DNA of 64,000 nucleotides from an uncultured Clostridia bacterium (GTDB lineage Bacteria; Bacillota; Clostridia; TANB77; CAG-508): NCBI GenBank assembly GCA_947594845.1, contig CANQEI010000003.1, positions 41,010 to 105,009 of the forward strand, read 5' to 3'. Shown piece by piece: positions 28,357 to 36,698 of this stretch (position 1 is its first letter; each line of letters starts with the position of its first letter). The notes under the pieces were generated by a model. It saw only the letters and a program-made list of their open reading frames with translations, ran no database searches and was not told where the DNA came from. The position numbers and the translations under genes were made by a program.

Positions 28357-29961
28357 TCAATTAACATCAAAATTTGTTAATAATTCTATTTGTTCTTCTG
28401 TAACTTGATTTTCGTTTCCTCCAATTATTATAATTAAATAATTGTTATTTGGCAATTCATAAAATAAAATTTTCTCATTAGTATAATATTTATATCTATT
28501 TCCACTACTATCTGTTGAATTACTTAATTGAGTACGTCCTCTTTCATATACTTTAAAGTTTTTATCATTTACTGTAATATCTTGCAATTGCTTACAATTT
28601 TCAAATTTTCCTAAGCCTGTATTAATTTCTTCATTTAATTGCTCTATTTCACTGTTTATATCTGATATCGTAGTGAGTCTGTATGCTACATCATATTTTC
28701 CTATTCCCAGCTCATCATTATATTCCACTGTATAATTTCTTTCTGCATAAAGATTATTTAATTTATCAACTTCTTCATAATTTTCTGGCAATTTCAATGT
28801 TATTTCTTGGGTATTTTCATATGTGTAATCAGAATATTTTTTTAATTTACCTATTAAATATCCATTTTCTTTTACTATATCTATGTTACTTGCAATATTT
28901 TTAGATTCATTGATTTTTATCATATTTACTAATTCTTTTGGTATTCCTAAATCCATAGCAGATATTGCAGCTACAAAAATATGATTTTTATCTAATTCAA
29001 AAATCAATTCAATATTTTCTGTATCAATTCCATTGCTTGTATATTTATTTCTATAAATATACGCTAAATTTTCATCTTCATATTTATTTAATTGTTCTTC
29101 TACATTTTCATAAGAATCTAAATTATAATTTAAAAATATATTTTTACTTTCATCTTTATCTAAACATTCAAATATACTTCTTGGCAATATCGATGTATTC
29201 AAACTTATAGTTCCTAAATCTTCAACGCCTTGGAACTCATAATGTCCTAATTGTGTATTATACTCTGTTAATTTAAAATTACTTGGAATTGAATATTTTA
29301 CCAAATAGTTATTCTCTGCAATCTCTTCTTGTTTTGTATCTTTCAATAAATCAGAAACTTCATGTTGCTCAGAATATTTAATTTCTTGAGTTTCAATATT
29401 TATACCTGTTTCAAGATTAAAATTCTCTTCATTTAAATTAAAATTATTTATTATACTATTAGCATTGTCTATCAATATGTCAAAATATTCATATGTTGCC
29501 TCATATGTAATAATAACTAATTTATCTTCATATCTATATGTGCTTATCATAGCTTGTCTATCATTAGTTTCAAATAACATCTTATAACCATCAATATTTT
29601 GCTTTGTAATTTTAGCAGGCTCCTTATAAATTAACTTATAATCAGGATTCTGTTCTTGTATATTATAAATTAAACTATCAAATATTTCTTCTATTGTGCT
29701 ATATTGTTTTTCTTCTTGTAATTCGCTTAGTTTAAAATTCAAACTACTTTTACTCTTTTTATGAATTAAATTGATTTCCATATCTTCCTGTTTATCTACT
29801 TCCCATGTATCATCATATTTTACTGAGTAATTAACCGTAGTTACAACATTTATTTTATTTTTTTTCGCATAATTATATATTAGTACCGCTACAACTATTA
29901 GTATTAATATTGCTAGTAAAACAATTATTCTTTTTTTATTTTTTTCTAAAAATTTTCTCAT
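28357..29961 (-). CDS. Cargo protein C: N-terminally membrane-anchored 534-aa protein, no recognisable motif
   Basis: TM IIVLLAILILIVVAVLIY. Overlaps the upstream gene by 4 nt (ATGA), consistent with an operon. Confidence 0.6.
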   Translation of the reverse strand: MRKFLEKNKKRIIVLLAILILIVVAVLIYNYAKKNKINVVTTVNYSVKYDDTWEVDKQEDMEINLIHKKSKSSLNFKLSELQEEKQYSTIEEIFDSLIYNIQEQNPDYKLIYKEPAKITKQNIDGYKMLFETNDRQAMISTYRYEDKLVIITYEATYEYFDILIDNANSIINNFNLNEENFNLETGINIETQEIKYSEQHEVSDLLKDTKQEEIAENNYLVKYSIPSNFKLTEYNTQLGHYEFQGVEDLGTISLNTSILPRSIFECLDKDESKNIFLNYNLDSYENVEEQLNKYEDENLAYIYRNKYTSNGIDTENIELIFELDKNHIFVAAISAMDLGIPKELVNMIKINESKNIASNIDIVKENGYLIGKLKKYSDYTYENTQEITLKLPENYEEVDKLNNLYAERNYTVEYNDELGIGKYDVAYRLTTISDINSEIEQLNEEINTGLGKFENCKQLQDITVNDKNFKVYERGRTQLSNSTDSSGNRYKYYTNEKILFYELPNNNYLIIIIGGNENQVTEEQIELLTNFDVN

Positions 29962-31682
29962 ACACCCACCATAACTATTATTAAATAATTAAATTCTTTC
30001 ATAACTATTATTTCATATTTCTTATTTTTTAAGACAATCTTTGAATCAGATCTTTCTTTTTCTGTATAACCATTATTCTTCAAGTTTTCTATATATTCTT
30101 CTGCAAATCGCATAGTATCCATATAATTTGGAACATTATTTTTATACCTTAAGCTAATAATATTGTCTTTATATGAACTTTTAATTAAATCTAATTTAAT
30201 TAGTTCAGTAGCTTTCTCTACATTAGAAGTTTTTTTCAATTTACTTTCTGGAATATTATTTACAATTGCTTCATCATTATATTTTACATAGTAGCTTTCT
30301 TTTAGCTGTTCAAAAGGTATTGCTTTAATTTCGTCAAAATTTTCATTTGCAAACATATCATAATATTTCTTTAGTATTTTATTATCTGTAGCAAATGATA
30401 AACTCATATTTACTGCTTTGGAATTTATCATTCCAATTATTTTTCCATCACTATTATATAAAAGACTTCCTTGCATTTCTGGCACTGATAATATTGAAGT
30501 TTCTATCATATTATCTAACGATATTATAATTCCTTTATTTGTAGATAAACCAACCCCAGTTTTAGAGTTCAATGATATTATTCCATCTTCTTTTTTTAAT
30601 TCTCCAACATTCTCTATCGTAACAACATTTCCGCTTTTATTCTTTACTTTTAAAATTGCAATATCATACTCTTGATTCATAGTTACAATTCCGTCTAATT
30701 CATACACATTATTTGAACTATCACTAATCATAATATTTTGTGCTTTTAATAAAGATTCTTCTATATAATTGTATGTTGTTACTATTATTCCATCTTGTAT
30801 AAAAAATCCATTTGCTGCAGCAACTGTTCCCATATTATATGTTGAATTTAAAAATACTACTTTATCTTTATTTTCATTATATATTTTGTTCAGTGCATCA
30901 TCTGTTATTGCATCAGCTTTGCTAAAATCATATATTTCCCTTAGTTTTGAATTATAATCTGAATCTTTAGATAATTCACCTCTTTTTTCGTCAATATCAT
31001 TTATATAACTTTCTATGTCATTATTAGTTTCAGCATATATGTAATATAGCTTATAAGAATTATCTAATTTTTTAAACTGGTAATATATTGTTAAATCAGT
31101 CTGTATTCTTGTATACTCTTTTGGATTTTCTCTATCCTGTTCTTTCATAGTTACATCTGGTAATGTAATTACACTCATAACATTATTTTCATCTATTGCT
31201 GATACTCGTATATCTCCATATGAAGTATAATTAATTTCCAACTCATTTAGCTTTGTAAACATACCTGGGACAGCTATACCAGACACTACATCATCTTTGT
31301 ACTCTTGGCTATTCATATCTAATCCAAGAATACTGTTACTGTCTTCAGGAATTTGAGGAGCATATCTTAATTTAAAATAATCTTTTCTCCTCTTATAAAA
31401 ACTTTCACTACTTTCATTTTCAGAATTTTGTTGCCCTAATAGCAAATATGTAGTCTTTTTGGTTAATTCTGTTATTTCAGTATTCAAATCCGTATTTTCA
31501 TTATAAGAATCACCCGAAATCTCATATTTACTATCAAAGTTAGACATAATTTTTTCTTCTTTGTTAATCAATTTAAAAGTATCATTATTAATTAAAATTT
31601 TATCAGACATTGCCAGAGAATGTGTAGATACTATGATAATTGAAAGTAATAGGGACGCAATTTTTATAACTTTCCTTTTCAA
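29958..31682 (-). CDS. Cargo protein B: secreted protein with a central trypsin-like (S1C/Trypsin_2-like) fold that appears catalytically degenerate
   Basis: Signal peptide MKRKVIKIASLLLSIIIVSTHSLA. NGFFIQDGIIVTTYNYI (Asn where the TNxHV His is expected), EYDIAILKV, MQGSLLYNSDGKIIGMIN. Confidence 0.5.
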   Translation of the reverse strand: MKRKVIKIASLLLSIIIVSTHSLAMSDKILINNDTFKLINKEEKIMSNFDSKYEISGDSYNENTDLNTEITELTKKTTYLLLGQQNSENESSESFYKRRKDYFKLRYAPQIPEDSNSILGLDMNSQEYKDDVVSGIAVPGMFTKLNELEINYTSYGDIRVSAIDENNVMSVITLPDVTMKEQDRENPKEYTRIQTDLTIYYQFKKLDNSYKLYYIYAETNNDIESYINDIDEKRGELSKDSDYNSKLREIYDFSKADAITDDALNKIYNENKDKVVFLNSTYNMGTVAAANGFFIQDGIIVTTYNYIEESLLKAQNIMISDSSNNVYELDGIVTMNQEYDIAILKVKNKSGNVVTIENVGELKKEDGIISLNSKTGVGLSTNKGIIISLDNMIETSILSVPEMQGSLLYNSDGKIIGMINSKAVNMSLSFATDNKILKKYYDMFANENFDEIKAIPFEQLKESYYVKYNDEAIVNNIPESKLKKTSNVEKATELIKLDLIKSSYKDNIISLRYKNNVPNYMDTMRFAEEYIENLKNNGYTEKERSDSKIVLKNKKYEIIVMKEFNYLIIVMVGV

Positions 31683-31686
31683 TATT

Positions 31687-32898
31687 TTATCCTCCTATAT
31701 ATTTTTTTAAGACTTCTACAATATATTTACTTGCTTCTTCAGCATCATTTTTATTTAAATAAACATCATGAAAAGCCTCTGCTATTGTTTCATCATATAT
31801 ATAATTTCCTTGTTCATCTTTAGCCAATGCATATTCTGATATTTGTCCTCTCCATTCATCAAAATCAACACTTCCATGGTCTCTTTGATAATTTTCGTAA
31901 GCTTCTTCCAACATTTGCTTAGCCAATTCTCCATTTCCATATTCTTCACATATATCATAAAGAGTTTGCATTTGATTCTCTTCAATTAGTACAATTGAAT
32001 CTGTATCATATTTATTTAGCACAGCTATAAAAGATAAATAGTGTCCTAACTCATGTGCCACTGGAGAATATCTGCTAGAATTTTTAGGGAAATGCCCCGT
32101 TTTTGAAGATGTTGCAACAGATGCATCAAGTCTTTGCGGATTTAGAAAATATTTTGCATTTAATTGAACCTGTGTTTTAATTACCCAAGGTCTAGTAGTA
32201 CTTGTATTTGATGTAGCAAAAGGAAATACTGGCATAAATAAAGCTATTACATCTGCATTGGACATATCTAAATTTGTCAATGTTAAATTAGTTAAATACT
32301 TTCTTGTTCCTGGATATTCATCATAAATCTCTTTTATTACATCTTCTAATTCTCTTGCAAATTCTGTATCCATTTCTCCTAAGTTTACTGCTGTAATAGA
32401 ATACTTATCGATTATATCGTTTTCTATTTCTATCATTTCTTTAGAATAATTTCCTGTTTTTTGATTTTCTGAGTCTTCACGAATTAATTCATATGCATCA
32501 TCTATGCCATTTAATGAAACACCAGTATACACATTGTCCGTTATAATAGCTGTTTTATATTTTCCTTTACTTTTAGTTGTATTAGTAGTATTAGAAGTTG
32601 TATTGTTACTCGAATCAGTATTACTACTATCATTTTTCGAGTCATTATCTTCTTCATATAATATACTTTCTCCAATATAATAATTTCTTTTTTTAGTTTT
32701 TATAACTACAAAATATGCTGACAATGCTAGTATTAATATAATAATTAATATAGTAACAGTAATTGGGAAAGCAACATCTGAGCCTTTATTAGAATTGTCT
32801 TGGAAATTATTTCTTGAATTATTTTTTAATATATTTCCGCATTTATCGCAAACCTCTTGATTTGGATTTACTACTTTTCCACATTTATTGCAAATCAT
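31687..32898 (-). CDS. Cargo protein A: zinc-ribbon, TM helix and extracytoplasmic zincin-like metallopeptidase domain (HExxH)
   Basis: MICNKCGKVVNPNQEVCDKCG, TM FPITVTILIIILILALSAYFVVI, then VAHELGHYL and a downstream ETIAEAFHD. Confidence 0.6.
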   Translation of the reverse strand: MICNKCGKVVNPNQEVCDKCGNILKNNSRNNFQDNSNKGSDVAFPITVTILIIILILALSAYFVVIKTKKRNYYIGESILYEEDNDSKNDSSNTDSSNNTTSNTTNTTKSKGKYKTAIITDNVYTGVSLNGIDDAYELIREDSENQKTGNYSKEMIEIENDIIDKYSITAVNLGEMDTEFARELEDVIKEIYDEYPGTRKYLTNLTLTNLDMSNADVIALFMPVFPFATSNTSTTRPWVIKTQVQLNAKYFLNPQRLDASVATSSKTGHFPKNSSRYSPVAHELGHYLSFIAVLNKYDTDSIVLIEENQMQTLYDICEEYGNGELAKQMLEEAYENYQRDHGSVDFDEWRGQISEYALAKDEQGNYIYDETIAEAFHDVYLNKNDAEEASKYIVEVLKKYIGG

Positions 32899-32950
32899 AT
32901 TATCTCCTATCTTTCTAACATAAATTTTTATTTTTCGACTTCATGTTTTT

Positions 32951-32986
32951 ATTATAACATTCACGTTAAAAAATTTTCTACAATTC
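32951..32986 (-). promoter_or_regulatory. Candidate sigma-A promoter (extended -10) for the cargo operon
   Basis: Minus strand reads TAGAAA-18 nt-TATAAT with TGT immediately upstream (TGTTATAAT at 32951-32959). Confidence 0.4.
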
Positions 32987-33060
32987 TAAAATATTTTTTT
33001 AATAAACTTTTATATCATAAATATATTTATTATAAAAATTATGAAAGGAAAATAACTATT

Positions 33061-33189
33061 ATGGATAATTTGCAAAATATAAATATTATACTGCAATTTG
33101 GAAATATTGACTTAAAAGTTCTTATTTTAGAACTAATAGAACAAGAATGCATAAATCAATTTTTAGTAAAGGATCTTTTTAATGACTAA
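33061..33189 (+). CDS. Small ORF (42 aa), translationally coupled to the recombinase (TAATGA overlap)
   Basis: MDNLQNINIILQFGNIDLKVLILELIEQECINQFLVKDLFND. GAAAGGAAAA lies 8 nt upstream. Only the 3' part of track ORF 32857..33189 is plausible. Confidence 0.3.
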   Translation: MDNLQNINIILQFGNIDLKVLILELIEQECINQFLVKDLFND

Positions 33190-34808
33190 TATTTTATATT
33201 ATGTTGCTTTATATTTAAGATTATCAAAAGAAGATGGAGATAAAGAAGAAAGTGAAAGTATCAAAAACCAAGAAAATTTGGGCATAGATTTTATTGAACA
33301 GCTAAAAAAGAAAGAACCTCAAAATACTTTTAAGCTTTTTAAAATATACATAGACGATGGTTTTACTGGAACTAATTTTAATAGACCTGGTTTTAAAAAT
33401 ATGATTAATGATATAGAAAATAAAAACATAAACCTTGTTATTACCAAAAACCTTGACAGACTAGGTCGTAATATTGCGGAAGTATGTCATTACTATGAAG
33501 ATTATTTTCCAAATAATAATGTAAGATATATGACTATATTAGATGGAATTGATACATTTAATCCTTTAGATGATGACATTCATTTAAAATTTAAAATGGT
33601 GACAGATGAATATTATCCCAAAAGACTTTCAAAAAATATTAAAGCAACAAAATTAAGAAATACAAAGCACGGATATTTTATAGGAAGTATTGCTCCTTAT
33701 GGATATAAAAAATCTTCATCAGATAATTATAAATTAGTCATTGATGAAGAAGTAGCTCCAGTTATTAGAAAAATATTCAACATGTATTCAAATCATTTTA
33801 CAAGATTTGAAATAGTTAAAGAACTGAACAAGTTAAAAATTCTTCCTCCTAGAAAACATTTGGATATGGAAAAAACAGAAAAAGGATTGTATAAAGTCAA
33901 TAAGAACGATTACTCTTGGAAAGAAAGTACAATTTCTAGAATAATTAGTAATCCAGTTTATATACGGATCAATAGTTGGATGTAAAACCTTTAAACCAAA
34001 TATAAAATTTAAAAATCGAAAAACTAATAAACTAGAAAATCAAATTATTGTACCCAATATGCATGCACCAATAATTGATATATCACTATTTAACACTTGT
34101 CAGCAAATTAGAAAAAAATATATACACAAATCTTGCAAGTATGACGATATTTTTAAAGGTCTGATATTTTGTGGTAATTGTGGTAAAACTTCAACTTTAA
34201 AACATAAAACAAAAATAAATAAAAATAATTCTATTTCACAAATAGATTATTATCTATGTTCAGAAGCTAATAAAGGAACTAAAAAGAAATGTGATAATAC
34301 CAAATCAATTAGTGCAAAAAAATTATATGAACTAATTTGCCCCATTTTAATAAAAGAATGTAGGAATATTTTTATAAATAAAAACGATATAAGTATTTTA
34401 ATTAATAATATAAATAACAAAATATCTTATAATACTACAATATTAAAAAAAGAATATAATCAAATTAATGCAAGAATCGCAAAACTTAATAACCAAATTA
34501 AGCAAATTTATGAAGACAAACTTGAAAGGAAAATTACAGATGAGTTATTTACAGAAATACAAAATAAAAAGCAAGAAGAATTACTAAAATGCCAACGTCA
34601 GCTAAAAGATATTGAAAAAAATATTGAACAAGAAACTAAAAGGAATACAATTTCTTATGATCAAGTCCAACAGATTGTTCAAAAATTTTTAAATACAAAC
34701 ACTATTAGCAAAGAACTATTACATACGTTAGTAAATAGAATTGAATTTGACAATAAAAAAAATTTAAAAATTTATTTTTCTTTTTCTGATATGTTAAAAA
34801 GAAATTAA
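33182..34808 (+). CDS. Large serine recombinase (SpoIVCA/TndX-like), with a +1 frame break at ~33965
   Basis: YLRLSKEDGDKEESESIKNQ (catalytic Ser), YIDDGFTGTNFNRPGF, ITKNLDRLGRN, recombinase domain GYFIGSIAPYGY. After NPVYI the sequence ATA [C] GGA TCA continues in the +1 frame as GSIVGCKTFKP...NMHAPIIDISLF, then a zinc-ribbon CGNCGK...C and a coiled-coil. Confidence 0.85.
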
Positions 34809-34832
34809 AAAGTTCTTTTATTATTTTATTCT

Positions 34833-34868
34833 CCTAATTTTCACAGCCAAATATATTGCATGTAAAGG
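34833..34868. other. Right junction (attR-like) of the intervening element
   Basis: CCTAATTTTCACAGCC AAATATAT TGCATGTAAAGG. Confidence 0.7.
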
Positions 34869-35088
34869 CGACCCTGTTGCAAACTTGCAAGAAGACTTAG
34901 CAGCAGAGCAAAAAGCTAGAGCAACTTATGAAAAATTAATTAATTTATGTGCTGATGACCCTGACGTAATAGATCCTTTAAGATTTTTAAGAGAACGTGA
35001 AGTCGTTCACTTTCAAAGATTTGGTGAAGCACTAAATGGCGTTCAGGAAAAATTAGCTGAAAAGAAATTCTATATGAATAATAATTAA
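34855..35088 (+). CDS. cotJC: cotJC 3' segment (77 codons, no start codon of its own)
   Basis: IACKGDPVANLQEDLAAEQKARATYEKLINLCADDPDVIDPLRFLREREVVHFQRFGEAL matches the CotJC C-terminus (B. subtilis ...KGDPIADLYEDIAAEQKARATY...FLREREIVH...). In frame with TTCACAGCC at 34840. Confidence 0.85.
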   Translation: MACKGDPVANLQEDLAAEQKARATYEKLINLCADDPDVIDPLRFLREREVVHFQRFGEALNGVQEKLAEKKFYMNNN

Positions 35089-35100
35089 AAATTTTTATAT

Positions 35101-35136
35101 AAAAAAAAGCAGCTCTTTAAATCAAGAGCTGTTTTA
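35101..35136. terminator. Bidirectional terminator between cotJC and the convergent envelope operon
   Basis: A-run, CAGCTCTT-taaatc-AAGAGCTG, T-run. Confidence 0.7.
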
Positions 35137-35156
35137 TTTAATCTGTTTTATCCTTA

Positions 35157-36698
35157 TTATTCTATCATTTCTTTTATCGCCTCTGTAAATGATATACATT
35201 TTCTATATTGGAAATATTTTCTAACTGCATATTGATAACACCATAATTTATAATGATTTGGAGACATATGTTTGTATACTAAGCCTTGTTTGTGGAAAAA
35301 TTCTTTATCCATTTCTGTATACCAAGAACTAATATTTTGATCAACTTCACCTATTTTTTTATTTACAAATAATAAATTTAATCCCTTATTCAATGCATCA
35401 AATAAAAAGATTTGTTCTTCTCCTCTATCAATTTTTGTACCAGAACCAAACATTTCATTAAATGCCAAGCTATATTTTTTTAATGAATCTACTTTAATTG
35501 TTATTTCTGGATTAAAAATTTTATTTGCATTTATATAATCTATTTTTTTAGTTCTAAATCTTTTGGTTTTTCTATTTTTATTTTTGCTTTCAACATAGAA
35601 GCAAATTATATCTGCCGTTTTATATTTGTTATGTGCATCTAATATAATTTTCTTATAGTTGTCGTTATAAATCATATCATCATCAGCTAAGCAAACTATT
35701 TCTGAATCTATATATTTAAACCCAAAATTTCTACTTTTAGAAACACCTCTACCCTTTTGAATTATAACATTTTCATTTTTAATACTTACATCATTTTGAT
35801 TTTGATTTATTATCAAATACTTTGAACTAATTTTCATTCTTCTAACTAAATTGTCTATCTCTGTATCTGAATTTAAATTTTGAGCAGCTACTAATACTTC
35901 AATATCTTTATAAACTTCTCTTGGTCTCATTTTATTTAGTCTTTTAAATAAAGCATTAACAGCATAATTTATAAAACAATATATTGATTTGAAAAAGCCT
36001 AATTTTTCTACCCTTCTATATGTGTTCCATCTATAAAAGGCCATCTCAAATTTATTAGAACTACGAGACTTCTTAGATATCCTGCAATATGCTAGTGCAA
36101 CATTCTGTCCATATGCCACATATCCTCTTCTTAGAATACTAAACCAGTTTACTGTATCTTCTATTTTAGATTTTGGAAAATAACAGTATCTCTTAGGAAT
36201 TTTATTTAAATCTAACATTACAGTAATTGTTAAAATTCTAATGTCTAATAAAGCATTTTCATAATCAACTTTTTCTTTTATCTTTATAGGTTTACTTATT
36301 TTATTTGAATCATTTGTCATATAACAAAATGAGCAATATATTAATTCACAATTCTTATTTTTTATAAATTCTAATTGCAATTTTAATTTATCTTTGTCCC
36401 AAATGTCGTCAGAATCAAGAAATGTCAAAAAATTCCCTTTAGCAGCTCGTATTCCAATATTTCTAGCTGTTGAAACTCCCATGTGTCTTTTTAATTTTAT
36501 GATTTTTATTCTGGCATTTTTCTGAGCATATTCTTCAACTATTTTTAAGCTATCATCTTTAGAATTATCATCTATAAAAATAGCTTCATAATTTTCATAC
36601 GTCTGACTATTTATACTTTTAATTGCCTCTTCTAAGTACTTAGACGAATTGTGAATTGGAATAATTATACTAATTAAATCTTTATTGCTCACCAACAA
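35157..36698 (-). CDS. Two-domain glycosyltransferase (family 2 N-terminal domain)
   Basis: ISIIIPIHNSSKYLEEAIKSINSQTYENYEAIFIDDNSKDDS and LDSDD. The second half has a CLADDDMIY-type DxD. Confidence 0.75.
   Translation of the reverse strand: MLVSNKDLISIIIPIHNSSKYLEEAIKSINSQTYENYEAIFIDDNSKDDSLKIVEEYAQKNARIKIIKLKRHMGVSTARNIGIRAAKGNFLTFLDSDDIWDKDKLKLQLEFIKNKNCELIYCSFCYMTNDSNKISKPIKIKEKVDYENALLDIRILTITVMLDLNKIPKRYCYFPKSKIEDTVNWFSILRRGYVAYGQNVALAYCRISKKSRSSNKFEMAFYRWNTYRRVEKLGFFKSIYCFINYAVNALFKRLNKMRPREVYKDIEVLVAAQNLNSDTEIDNLVRRMKISSKYLIINQNQNDVSIKNENVIIQKGRGVSKSRNFGFKYIDSEIVCLADDDMIYNDNYKKIILDAHNKYKTADIICFYVESKNKNRKTKRFRTKKIDYINANKIFNPEITIKVDSLKKYSLAFNEMFGSGTKIDRGEEQIFLFDALNKGLNLLFVNKKIGEVDQNISSWYTEMDKEFFHKQGLVYKHMSPNHYKLWCYQYAVRKYFQYRKCISFTEAIKEMIE

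Larger units (their letters stand above)
26777..34856. mobile_element. ~8,080-bp intervening element inserted in cotJC. It comprises a large serine recombinase, a four-gene cargo operon and att-like ends (skin-like element).
   Basis: Flanked by the two halves of cotJC in the same orientation and frame-compatible. The recombinase gene sits at the right end. The core TTCACAGCCnnATATAT is duplicated at 26760-26776 and 34840-34856. Confidence 0.8.

Noticed and set aside
32857-33189. 110-aa ORF in the divergent region upstream of the recombinase.
   Set aside because: Its first ~68 codons run through the AT-rich promoter region and overlap the start of cargo gene A on the opposite strand. Only the last 42 codons (from ATG 33061, with an RBS-like element) are kept, and at low confidence.
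26777-34856. Considered the insertion to be a prophage or an ICE.
   Set aside because: It has no capsid, tail, terminase, replication or conjugation genes. The content is only the recombinase, a micro-ORF and four envelope/secreted-protein genes, and at ~8 kb it is too small.
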